Shown: positions 7,946 to 17,053 of the stretch, piece after piece | Layout: every line of letters starts with the position of its first letter | Numbering within the stretch: position 1 is the first letter of the stretch | Source: a virus | Taxonomy: Duplodnaviria; Caudoviricetes | DNA length: 64,000 bases | IMG/VR virus record: IMGVR_UViG_3300011559_000001 | Span: 128,001-192,000 of that record | Reading direction: 5' to 3' (one strand) | Position numbers and translations under genes: made by a program | Notes under the pieces: generated by a model | The model's database searches: none | Seen by the model: the letters and a program-made list of their open reading frames with translations, nothing else | Told to the model about the DNA's origin: nothing

Positions 7946-9283
7946 TTACTGGATTTCCTTCACCACCGTTGCGTTGTGAGTGGCGATACGACGATCGCCC
8001 TGCTCACCTGCAAAGTAGCTCTGGTCATCAACGTTGAACAGGACCACATCACGCACACCGACGAACTCGATATGCACAACCGGTTCCCAACGCAGCTGAC
8101 CACGGTCGTTGACGAAGACCTCTTCGTTGAGCATCTCCGGACCGAACATCTTGTTCGTACCATCGCGCATCGTCATCGGGGTGGACTCCGAAGCAATGAT
8201 CGAGATACCCGAACGGGTGGTCAGGCGGTAGCACGGCTGCGGCATCACTGCGTTGGCACGGACTTGACGCGGGACCATCGTGTCCGGCTCGTAAGCCGAA
8301 CCGTCAATCCAGTCGCCAATAGCAATGTCCGAAGCCAACCGCTCTTCGTCCATCCACATGGTCGTTGCCACGCAGCCTCCGCCACCACCACCGCCTCCGC
8401 CCCCTCCGCCACCACCACCGCCTCCGCCACCACCTTCGGGGGTGACGATGTCAATGTCGTTGAACTCGTTGACGAAGTTGAACAGGAAGCGGAAGTTGTT
8501 GACGACGTTACCGTTGCGCTTGAGCAAGACGCGGAACCAACCGCGGTTGTAGATGCGCAGCACCGCATTGGGGTCGCGGAAGTTCGAGTTATTGGACAGC
8601 GTGGTCATGTCCAGATTGAGCAACAACACGCGGTCTTGATTCAACGGCATGTCGTCGCCGTTGCCAGAGGTGACCATGGTGGTGTTGTTGAACGCACCCG
8701 GCGGACCCGGCTGCCATTCCCATTGGCCAGGACTGTTCCCGTTGCGCGGAATCCACCAACGACCCGACTCGAAACTTTCCAGCCCGTAAGAGATGGTGTA
8801 GTTGTCGCCGAAGTTGTCACGCGGGTTCTGTGCCCAGTTACCATTACCCAAGACGCGACCGTCCGGATACAGGTACCCGATCTGACCACCACCGGAACGC
8901 ACCACCAATGCTCGGTAGTTGCGGGTCATGTGCCACAGTTCCCACGAACCGTTGCGCCGGAAGGTCAGGCGCAACTGATTGGTGTTGTGGGCCACGTGCC
9001 AAATGACCGACGGGCAGCTGGACATGACGTTGTCGTAACTGCCGATGTCGCCCATCGCATTGGTGTAACCTACCGTGCCTTTACCGGCCCAGTAGTTGGT
9101 GACGTCCGGGCCGGTGATGTCGTAGTAACCCACGTCGGCAATCTTGCTACCTGCCGAGAGCGGAGCGTAGCGCATCAGCGAACCGTCAGGGCGGTAGTAA
9201 CCGAAGAGCTGGGGACCGTTTTCGTCCGGTTCGAACAGGTCGTCAAAATCCCAACCTGCACCATTGTAGTAAGCGACAGCCAT
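7946..9283 (-). CDS. Tail-fibre tip/adhesin-like protein with poly-Gly linker and C-terminal Hint (intein-like) domain
   Basis: Directly follows an S74 fibre, with AGGAGG RBS. Twenty Gly codons, then CV…ASDIAIGDWI…CYRLTTRSGISIIASESTP…VGVRDVVLFNV…YFAG…THN. Confidence 0.8.
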   Translation of the reverse strand: MAVAYYNGAGWDFDDLFEPDENGPQLFGYYRPDGSLMRYAPLSAGSKIADVGYYDITGPDVTNYWAGKGTVGYTNAMGDIGSYDNVMSSCPSVIWHVAHNTNQLRLTFRRNGSWELWHMTRNYRALVVRSGGGQIGYLYPDGRVLGNGNWAQNPRDNFGDNYTISYGLESFESGRWWIPRNGNSPGQWEWQPGPPGAFNNTTMVTSGNGDDMPLNQDRVLLLNLDMTTLSNNSNFRDPNAVLRIYNRGWFRVLLKRNGNVVNNFRFLFNFVNEFNDIDIVTPEGGGGGGGGGGGGGGGGGGGGCVATTMWMDEERLASDIAIGDWIDGSAYEPDTMVPRQVRANAVMPQPCYRLTTRSGISIIASESTPMTMRDGTNKMFGPEMLNEEVFVNDRGQLRWEPVVHIEFVGVRDVVLFNVDDQSYFAGEQGDRRIATHNATVVKEIQ

Positions 9284-9294
9284 CTTGGGCCTCC

Positions 9295-11370
9295 TTACTT
9301 ACTTTCCAGCGCGGCCAGGCGGGTCAACAGCGAATCGATCAGGATCTGCTGCTGTGCCACCTTTTCGTGCAGGCGATCGGTTTCCACACCCACGGCGTAG
9401 GCCATTTCCATTGCCAGACCGGTGTTGTTCACCGCCAGACGCTTGGACTTGCGCTTCACGCCGTGATCGTACTCGATGACCAGATCCGGGGCCACCTTCT
9501 GCAGGTCCTGTGCAATCGGGCCAACCTGGTGTTCACCGGTCTCCCGCATGTTCCACTGCTTGAAGTCAAACCCGCGCCACAGAGGACGTGCCTCGATCAG
9601 GCTGATGTTCTTCTTCAGGCGCTTGTCGGAGGGCTGGAAACCCTGACCGGCAATTGCACGGCCGTTGTGAACCACGAAGTTGCCGCCGGCTTGGAACTGG
9701 AAGAACCGCGAACCGGCCACGCGCAGCGAGATCGAACCATCGCCATCCTGATACAGGTAACCGGAGTTACCGATCACCAGCGTATTCAGGGTTGCGTTGG
9801 AGCCAGTGATCACACGATCGTTGATCTGTGCCTGCAGCGGGTTGTAGGCGATGGCGACGATGGCCTGACGCGTACGCAGCGGTGACATGAACAGGGTGTT
9901 GGAACCACCCGACTCGGCATTGGCCTGATCGGACATGCCGTAATTGGGTACGTTACCCAAACCGACCTGCGCAGCCGTGGTGTTGTGCGGGTTATCGCTA
10001 CGGTTGATGTGCGCATTGAGCGAATTGGTCAGCGGGGTCACCGCTTGCGAGGTGATCGCTTCCTTGGTCCGCAGCGGGGTCATGTACGTGGCATTGTCCG
10101 TACCGGTCTGCGCTTGGGCAGTGGTGGCAATACCGTAGTTCTGCACGTTCCCCAGACCCACCTGTGCTGCCGTGGTGTTGTGGGGATTGTTGGTGTTGTT
10201 GATGTGCGCGGTGAGCTGGTCGCCGGCCACCGACTGGATCAACGCACGTGCACCGGCAGGGGTCACGAACAGGTTCGTGGCCGTACCGGCAATGGCTTGG
10301 GCATTGGTAGCCGTAGCGTAGTTGTCGACATTGCTCAGACCGACTTGCGCCTTGGTCGTGTTGTGCGGATTATCCACACGTGCAATGTGCGAGTTCAACG
10401 GGGCCAGTGCCAGTGCCGTGATGGCCGCACCGGTGAGGGTGGCGGTCATGTACGCTTCACCCACACCCGCCTGGGCCTGTGCCGTGGAGGCCAGACCATA
10501 GTTGACCACCGAGCCCAAGCCGACTTGCGCCTTGGTCACGCCGTGCGGGTTGTCCGTACGAGCGATATGTGCATTGAGGGAGTTGCCCACCTGAGAGGTG
10601 ATGGCTTCCTTGGTGCGCAGGGGCGTCATGTACAGCACGTTGGAGGTGCCGGTGGTGGCGTCGGCCGTGGCAGCAATGCCATAGTTCAGAACGCTACCCA
10701 GGCCGACCTGTGCCTTGGTGGTGTTGTGCGGGTTGTTGGTGTTGTTGATGTGGTCATTGACCAGCGAGTCCATCGAGGTGATCAGGGCACGCAGTTCGTT
10801 GTCCTTCAGGTCGATGTACTGACGAAGTTCATCAAACGCGGCCTGGTCGCCCAGCAGGATCGCACGGCGGATCTGTTCGAGCACCGCCACCAAGTACTCA
10901 AACCCGTACACATCACCGATGTCATGCAAGTGAGCGGTGGGCGGGAAGTACTCGGGGGCACCGATGATGTCGCCCCAGTTGACGGTACGGTTGTCCAGAT
11001 CCAGACCATCGAGCATCTGCGCGATGGCCGTGACCGAAGCGGAGTATTCACCGCCCACTGCCTGGTAGTCGATCTCGATCTCGGTGGCGCGACACGCCGG
11101 CAGGATCAGAACGACCGAGCAGATTTCCTGACCTGCACGAAGCGAGGCTTCGATGAACAGGTGGACCGGACGGTAGTCGACGTCCGGGGCCAGAACGGCC
11201 CCGGTCGAACGGTTGCGCACGATCATTCCACGAGTGTAGAACGGACCGCGAGTGGTGACGAAAGCTCGGTTCCCGGTAGCCGCCACGGTGTGACGCTCGG
11301 TCACCACCTTATTGGTGGCGGCCACACCGGAGAGGTCGAGCGGGAGTTGAATTACGGGAGGGGTACTCAT
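9295..11370 (-). CDS. Tail fibre protein with five H..NPH..T.AQVGL repeats and a C-terminal S74 chaperone
   Basis: N-terminal anchor resembles that of 11402..14767 (GPFY…IDYQAVGGEY…P..FPP..HLH); SDKRLKKNI…GPIAQDLQKVAPDLV at the C-terminus. Confidence 0.88.
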   Translation of the reverse strand: MSTPPVIQLPLDLSGVAATNKVVTERHTVAATGNRAFVTTRGPFYTRGMIVRNRSTGAVLAPDVDYRPVHLFIEASLRAGQEICSVVLILPACRATEIEIDYQAVGGEYSASVTAIAQMLDGLDLDNRTVNWGDIIGAPEYFPPTAHLHDIGDVYGFEYLVAVLEQIRRAILLGDQAAFDELRQYIDLKDNELRALITSMDSLVNDHINNTNNPHNTTKAQVGLGSVLNYGIAATADATTGTSNVLYMTPLRTKEAITSQVGNSLNAHIARTDNPHGVTKAQVGLGSVVNYGLASTAQAQAGVGEAYMTATLTGAAITALALAPLNSHIARVDNPHNTTKAQVGLSNVDNYATATNAQAIAGTATNLFVTPAGARALIQSVAGDQLTAHINNTNNPHNTTAAQVGLGNVQNYGIATTAQAQTGTDNATYMTPLRTKEAITSQAVTPLTNSLNAHINRSDNPHNTTAAQVGLGNVPNYGMSDQANAESGGSNTLFMSPLRTRQAIVAIAYNPLQAQINDRVITGSNATLNTLVIGNSGYLYQDGDGSISLRVAGSRFFQFQAGGNFVVHNGRAIAGQGFQPSDKRLKKNISLIEARPLWRGFDFKQWNMRETGEHQVGPIAQDLQKVAPDLVIEYDHGVKRKSKRLAVNNTGLAMEMAYAVGVETDRLHEKVAQQQILIDSLLTRLAALESK

Positions 11371-11401
11371 AACCCGCTTGCTCCTAGTTGCTTGATTGGG
11401 A

Positions 11402-14400
11402 TCAGGTCGTCACGAACGTCGGGTTCTCACGGCTGTAGGCCTCGATCAGGATCGGGCGCAGACGGCCGTTGCGCTGGCTCTGGTAGAGAACACCATTCCA
11501 GTCGCTGAAATACAGACGGTTGGGACGAACCAGCGGGTTGTTGAGACCCAGGTAGGACATCTCCCAGGCCGTGCCGTTGTAACGGTACAGGCGCTGCTTG
11601 TCATTGTCAGCGGCCACGCCGGTACGGACGTAGTCACGGTACTTGCGCGGACGGTTGAGGACCTTGTAGGTCACCTTGGGCTGACGCACGCTGATCACAC
11701 CCACCGAGGAGGGACGATCGACGAAGTCGGACAGCGCCGGGTAGTCGGCCAGGTTGATCACCACACGCGAAGCCACCGGGTAGGTGGTCTGACCGAAGTC
11801 GGAGGTGTCGATGGTGATGGTGTTACCGGCACGCACGACCTTGATCCGCACCTTGCCCGAGGTAGCCCAGCCGTGACCGGCCGGAACGAACGTGGCCGGA
11901 TCGCGGGTGTCGTTGGTGGCGTTGTTGTCCATCCACTTCAGACCGCCATTCTTCGAGCCCAGATCCAGACCATCGGCCTGACCGATATTGGCAGCCACCG
12001 AGAGCAGCTTGTAGGCGAAGCTGGAGGGCACGCCCTGCACCTGCGTCAGGCCACCGGGGGTACGAACCACGGTGATAGCCACCGGACGGTTGGCCACGGT
12101 GACTTCCGCTGCGATCACGCCGGCGCCGTTGGCCTTGGCATCAGTGGAGCTCAGTTCCACCTCAAAGGTGTAGTTGAGCATGGCGTCGGAGGAGCTGAGC
12201 ATGGCGTTACCGTCCACCGTGTCGGTGTCCAGCAAGATGCCACCTTCAGTTGCGTTCCAGCCCCACTTGTCCAGCACATCCAGGTCGTTGTAGAGCCAGT
12301 TGGTGCCCTGCGCCGAGTACGGAGTGAAGCTGGCGTAGTCCTCACGCAGCGACGATTCGATGGCCTGAGCCAACAGTTCATCGTCGGCGTTGTCCACCAC
12401 CGAGACCCACTCCACCAGACCGCCCGAGATCTGGGCAACGTTCTGGGTGCGCGGCAGTTCACCAAACGGCAGGTCGCCGAAGTACGTGCGCTGACGGGTG
12501 TAGGGCGGCAGGTTGACCGGGATGTAGACGATGTTGGACGGCTCAGCGTTTTCGATCGTGTTGGTACTGGTGAAGAACTTGGCACCCTGGGAGAGCGCCG
12601 CCACCGTGATCGGATGACGGGTACCCGGACCACGGGCCCAGACCTTCAGCAGCGTACCACCGGTCTGTGCCGTGGTGGTGTAACCGTAGGACACCACGCG
12701 GCTGTAGTTCTCCACCAGTGCAGTGACCGTGGAGAAGGACAGGTTGCGCGGGGCGATGCGCAGCTGGAACGAAGGCGAGGCGCCGTCGAAGGAAGATTCG
12801 CCACCGGTGATGTTGGCCACCACGTCCGGAATCGGATTGGTTGCGATGTCATTGGGGATGACCATCTGGCCCAGCAGCGTCCACGTATCGGCCGCACCCT
12901 GCGGGGCGCCCGGATACAGCTCCACGCTCTTGGCGTTGCCGATCACTTCCTCGTAGGTCTTACCGTCGAGCTTGCTGGAGTCAGCGGCCTTGGCCGTGGT
13001 GCCCAGTTTGGCAGCCAGTGCGGTATCCACCTGAGCGGTGGTGTACGCGCCGACCTGCGCAGCGGTGGTCTGGTGAGGGTTGTTGGTCGCATTGGCGTGG
13101 GCAGTGAACGAATCACCCACCAGCGCCATGATCGCAGCACGCGTACCGGCCGGGGTCACGTAGAGGTTGGTCGCCGTGCCCGTGGTGGTCTGCGCGTTGG
13201 TCGCCGTGGCGTAGTTGTTCACTGCCGCCAGACCCACCTGGTCCTTGGTCACTTCGTGCGGGTTGGACAGATCTGCCTTATGCGCATTCAGTGCCGCCGT
13301 GGCATCACCGCCACCGCCACCGCCGAGCGAATCGAACAGGGCCTTGGTGCCAGCCGGGGTCATGAACAGGTTGGTGGCCGTACCGGCCATCGCCTGCGCA
13401 TTGGATGCGGTCTGGAAGTTGTCCACGTTGCCCAGACCCACCTGTGCCTTGGTGGTACCGTGCGGGTTGGAGCTGTTGTTCAAGTGCGCGTTGAGCGGGG
13501 TCATTGCCACCAAGTCGATGGCCTGACGGGTACGCAACGGCGTCATGTAACGGTTCGACGCAGCGCCACCTTCGGCTTCAGCCTGCGAGGCCAGACCGTA
13601 GTTCTGCACATTACCCAGGCCGACTTGGGCGGCCGTGGTCTGGTGCGGATTGGACATGTTGTCGATGTGCTCGGTCACGCCCTGCAGTGCGATCGCGGTG
13701 ATCGCCTCACGGGTCATGGCCGGAGTCATGTACAGCTCGTTGCTGGTACCTGCACGAGCGGCCACGACATCAGCAATGCCGTAGTTCAGCACCGAACCCA
13801 ACCCGACTTGCGCCTTGTTGGTGTTGTGCGGATTGTCGGTGCGCGCGATGTGCGCATCCAGACGGTTGCCCACCAGCGCAGTGATCGCCTGTGCAGTGCG
13901 CACCGGAGTCATGTAGCGGTTGGTGGCAGTGCCCGTCTCCGCTTCCGCCTGCGAGGCGATCGGGTAATTCTGGACCGAGCCCAGGCCGACTTGGGCGGCC
14001 GTGGTGTTATGCGGGTTGTTGCTGTTGCCCAAGTGGGCATCGAGCGTGTTGCCGATCAGAGCCTGCACCAACTGCGCACCACGCAGTACCGTCAGGTACT
14101 TGGTGGCCGAGGTACCGGCTTGGGCTTCGGCCACGGTGGCCACGCCGTAGTTCAACACGCTACCCAGACCCACCTGCGCGGCGGTCGTGTTGTGCGGGTT
14201 GTTCTTGTCGGCAATGTGAGCCAGCAGGCCACCTTCGCCCGAGGCGATCAGTGCATCGCGGATACCCTCGAGCACCTCGACCACTTCGGACATACCCACC
14301 ATGTCATCCAGGTGCCAGTCGTGATCGATCGGCGGGAAGGCATAGGGCAGTTGCGCCACCTGTTCCCAGGTGACACGGCGCGGGTTGATCAGCTTGTTGG

Positions 14401-14767
14401 ACAGGATCTCGATGATCTTCGCCGAGTCCAAGGTCCAGTCGCCACCCAGGGTCTGGTATTCCAGACGGACCGCACCGGTGAGGCGGTTGTCGAAGAAGGT
14501 GAGCGAGCCGTAGATCGGCCGTGCGCAGGCCAGCGAGGCATCATGGAAGTAGTGCGTCGGAACGTAGTCCGCGCCTTCCACCAGCGTGCGCTGACTGGGC
14601 AGGTGAACCACCTTCATCGACTCCGCAAAGAACGGGGTCGCGCCGGGGATAACGAAGAGGAACTCAGACAACTCCGGTGGGGAGATAGTCAGGTGCTCCG
14701 CCGTGATTTTGTTCGAAGCCAGCTTACCACTGGGATCGAACGGATAAGCAATTTGAGCGTTGCTCAT
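11402..14767 (-). CDS. Long tail fibre protein with seven His-containing ~60-aa repeats
   Basis: YPFDPSG…YQTLGGDW…P.AFPP.DH.W anchor typical of phiKZ-like fibres; repeats HxxxxxNPHxTTxAQVGLGxVxNY; globular C-terminus. Confidence 0.88.
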   Translation of the reverse strand: MSNAQIAYPFDPSGKLASNKITAEHLTISPPELSEFLFVIPGATPFFAESMKVVHLPSQRTLVEGADYVPTHYFHDASLACARPIYGSLTFFDNRLTGAVRLEYQTLGGDWTLDSAKIIEILSNKLINPRRVTWEQVAQLPYAFPPIDHDWHLDDMVGMSEVVEVLEGIRDALIASGEGGLLAHIADKNNPHNTTAAQVGLGSVLNYGVATVAEAQAGTSATKYLTVLRGAQLVQALIGNTLDAHLGNSNNPHNTTAAQVGLGSVQNYPIASQAEAETGTATNRYMTPVRTAQAITALVGNRLDAHIARTDNPHNTNKAQVGLGSVLNYGIADVVAARAGTSNELYMTPAMTREAITAIALQGVTEHIDNMSNPHQTTAAQVGLGNVQNYGLASQAEAEGGAASNRYMTPLRTRQAIDLVAMTPLNAHLNNSSNPHGTTKAQVGLGNVDNFQTASNAQAMAGTATNLFMTPAGTKALFDSLGGGGGGDATAALNAHKADLSNPHEVTKDQVGLAAVNNYATATNAQTTTGTATNLYVTPAGTRAAIMALVGDSFTAHANATNNPHQTTAAQVGAYTTAQVDTALAAKLGTTAKAADSSKLDGKTYEEVIGNAKSVELYPGAPQGAADTWTLLGQMVIPNDIATNPIPDVVANITGGESSFDGASPSFQLRIAPRNLSFSTVTALVENYSRVVSYGYTTTAQTGGTLLKVWARGPGTRHPITVAALSQGAKFFTSTNTIENAEPSNIVYIPVNLPPYTRQRTYFGDLPFGELPRTQNVAQISGGLVEWVSVVDNADDELLAQAIESSLREDYASFTPYSAQGTNWLYNDLDVLDKWGWNATEGGILLDTDTVDGNAMLSSSDAMLNYTFEVELSSTDAKANGAGVIAAEVTVANRPVAITVVRTPGGLTQVQGVPSSFAYKLLSVAANIGQADGLDLGSKNGGLKWMDNNATNDTRDPATFVPAGHGWATSGKVRIKVVRAGNTITIDTSDFGQTTYPVASRVVINLADYPALSDFVDRPSSVGVISVRQPKVTYKVLNRPRKYRDYVRTGVAADNDKQRLYRYNGTAWEMSYLGLNNPLVRPNRLYFSDWNGVLYQSQRNGRLRPILIEAYSRENPTFVTT

Positions 14768-14905
14768 GGAAGATTTCTCCAACGAAGGACGTCATCGTAT
14801 GGCACGATGTCAAAAAATACGTGTACCATATCATAGGGTTCCTCCCCTAGACGGTGCACCAGTATTTCCTAGAGTTTTTCAACCCTTTTCCGAGGAGTTA
14901 TTTCC

Positions 14906-16150
14906 ATGTCTTATCAGCTCGTAGCGGCCAAGGCTCGCTCCAAGGGACTGGATGCTGTCTGGAACGATGTGGACATCACTGCGATCCGCATCAGTGCGTT
15001 GTATGCGACGTACTCGGACCTGTGGATGACCTTGTCCCATCCGTCACTGACCAAGAACGTGTACCTGCGTTTGGAGTCGGTGCGTGAGCTGGTCTCGTCC
15101 CAGTACCACAGCTTCACCATTCCGCAATGGCTCACTGCCATTGGTAACCTGGCCCTGCCCACCGTCCCTTCGCTGCCTGAGTTCACCTTGCGCCGTGTGC
15201 GTTCGGCCGACGCCTGGCGCGCCGGCTATGACATCAAACCGTTTGACCGCACCCGCCATGAAGATGCCGAGTTGCCTTACGGTGAGAAAGACGATCTGTT
15301 GCTCACCAAGGAAGGCGTGGACTTCCAGACCTATGCGCGTTATGCGCTGGTCAGTGTCAATGGCTTCTTCCATCGTACCGGCACTGGCGCGCGTGGTTTG
15401 ACGGTGGTCGATGGTGGTCGCACCGGTCGCCAGCTCAACGACAACCAAGTCTCGATCCATTCCTTCTTGGGTGTGGGTACGTTGGACTTCATCCCCATCA
15501 CCGCCGACATGGTCTACAAGAACGCCGACAACGGCCGACTGGCAGACCGGGCTTATATCGAACTTCCCTACAGCGTGGAAGACAAGACGGTGCTGGTGGT
15601 CATTGGTGGCTTCTTGCATGTGCTGGATGAAACCTACACGCGTATCGGTCCGCGCTCGCTGTGCATCAACATCAACAAGCTGGCCCTGCCCGAGCGTTAC
15701 TTTGAAAGCTACCAGGCATTGGATCTGTCCTCGCTGCCGCTGACGCGCAATGAAGATGATCCGGGCCACGTTGCGGTGGATGAGCTGTATTCGGATGCGT
15801 GCATCAAGGCGTACTTGAGCCTGAGCCAGTCGTTCGTCGTGGTGGTCAACACCAAGGACTTCTACGTCCGTCGTCACCCCGTTGCCAATGCCGAACTGCC
15901 TGGTCGTTTCGAGGTTCCGCAAGGTACCGAACGTCTGCCGTTGATCGGTGCATGGGGCATGGTCTACGACTATGCGATCTTCCCCGACTGGGGCGTGAAC
16001 GTGTTGGCCTGCCGGGAGAACACCCGCAAGCGCTATTCGTTCCGCACCACCCACTGGCGTGGCAATGCCTCGCTGGATGATTCGCTCAACACGTATCGTC
16101 CGTGGGACTGGGCCAAGGCCCACATGCTGGAGATGGGTCGTTTCACCTAA
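14906..16150 (+). CDS. Virion structural protein (phiKZ-like tail/baseplate)
   Basis: GAGGAG RBS; LVSVNGFFH and VIGGFLH motifs; divergent from the fibre operon. Confidence 0.65.
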   Translation: MSYQLVAAKARSKGLDAVWNDVDITAIRISALYATYSDLWMTLSHPSLTKNVYLRLESVRELVSSQYHSFTIPQWLTAIGNLALPTVPSLPEFTLRRVRSADAWRAGYDIKPFDRTRHEDAELPYGEKDDLLLTKEGVDFQTYARYALVSVNGFFHRTGTGARGLTVVDGGRTGRQLNDNQVSIHSFLGVGTLDFIPITADMVYKNADNGRLADRAYIELPYSVEDKTVLVVIGGFLHVLDETYTRIGPRSLCININKLALPERYFESYQALDLSSLPLTRNEDDPGHVAVDELYSDACIKAYLSLSQSFVVVVNTKDFYVRRHPVANAELPGRFEVPQGTERLPLIGAWGMVYDYAIFPDWGVNVLACRENTRKRYSFRTTHWRGNASLDDSLNTYRPWDWAKAHMLEMGRFT

Positions 16151-16151
16151 G

Positions 16152-16196
16152 CGGCATAGAGCCCCCTCCCGTGTGGGAGGGGGCTCGTCTTATGCC
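16152..16196. terminator. Bidirectional GCATA-hairpin-TATGC element
   Basis: GGCATA-GAGCCCCCTCCC-GTGT-GGGAGGGGGCTC-…TTATGCC between convergent genes. Confidence 0.8.
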
Positions 16197-16609
16197 CTCT
16201 GGAGCAAATGCTCCCGCGTCATGAACTCACGGGTCGGTACGGAACAGTGCGCTTGGACAAAGCCCAGCGATGCGTACAGACGCTTGGCCAAGTGGTTGTG
16301 AGGAATGACATACAACGTGCGCAACTGCCGCTCGTTGATAAAGCGTCGGGCCAGTCCCATTCCACGGGCTTGTTCAGAGACGTAGATGTTGGACAGGTGG
16401 TAGGTGATGCGATGCCAACGTGCAAACCCAACCAACTCATCGTCCACGTAGAAGCCTTCCACCGCTTCCTGACAGAACATCGAGTAGTTCATGTAGCGCA
16501 CGTCTTGGTCGACGTCACGGTTGATCTTACACGCTTCCTTGTGCAAGTAACGGGTCAGCTCATCCCAGCTGAGCCGACGGAATTCGACGTTGGGGTCCAC
16601 GATACACAC
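16190..16609 (-). CDS. GNAT family acetyltransferase
   Basis: LVGFAR…LSNIYVSEQARGMGLA (acetyl-CoA motif A) and N..AKRLYASLGF (motif B). Confidence 0.85.
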   Translation of the reverse strand: MCIVDPNVEFRRLSWDELTRYLHKEACKINRDVDQDVRYMNYSMFCQEAVEGFYVDDELVGFARWHRITYHLSNIYVSEQARGMGLARRFINERQLRTLYVIPHNHLAKRLYASLGFVQAHCSVPTREFMTREHLLQRA

Positions 16610-17033
16610 TCTTGTTCGGACGGGCCTTGTACAGCTCGGCCACTTGATGGGAGTACTGACCCTCCCGGTACTGATACCCCTTCTTACGACACAGGCTCAG
16701 CAGGTGAATGTAACGCACCGGCACACGAATGTCGGTGACCGGCATTTGGTCCAGTACCCAGGAAGCCACACCATGGCGACGGTACTCGGGCATCACGTAG
16801 ATGCGCAGCAGCTGGCGACGCTCGCCGTCATAGCGGGCAGTGGCAAAGCCGACCATCCGATCACCGACCAGCAAACGGAAACACAGTTCCTTGCGCAGGT
16901 CAAACCACGACAGCTCCGCATAGTCGCCCATCTCCGCACGATTACCGCGTGCCACCTCGGCTTCCTTAAAAGCCATGATGACGTGTGGTTCGGTACGTGC
17001 GAACTGCTTGTACACGTTCTTGAAGTTACCCAT
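16560..17033 (-). CDS. GNAT family acetyltransferase
   Basis: MVGFA…LLRIYVMPEYRRHGVAS motif A; degenerate motif B (LCRKKGY). Confidence 0.8.
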   Translation of the reverse strand: MGNFKNVYKQFARTEPHVIMAFKEAEVARGNRAEMGDYAELSWFDLRKELCFRLLVGDRMVGFATARYDGERRQLLRIYVMPEYRRHGVASWVLDQMPVTDIRVPVRYIHLLSLCRKKGYQYREGQYSHQVAELYKARPNKSVYRGPQRRIPSAQLG

Positions 17034-17053
17034 GGTGTTCCCCTGAAGGCACG

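Noticed and set aside
7946-8374. Canonical mobile intein
   Set aside because: No endonuclease, Ala follows His-Asn, and only 8 residues remain as C-extein; it fits an intein-like Hint domain instead.
8325-8552. Poly-Pro ORF on the + strand
   Set aside because: Antisense reading of the poly-Gly linker.
11396-14836. Very long antisense ORFs (1146 aa here; also 9985..11508, 24224..25978, 42631..44814, 54813..57485)
   Set aside because: They mirror recognisable genes on the other strand, arise from GC3-biased codon usage, and have no RBS or motifs.
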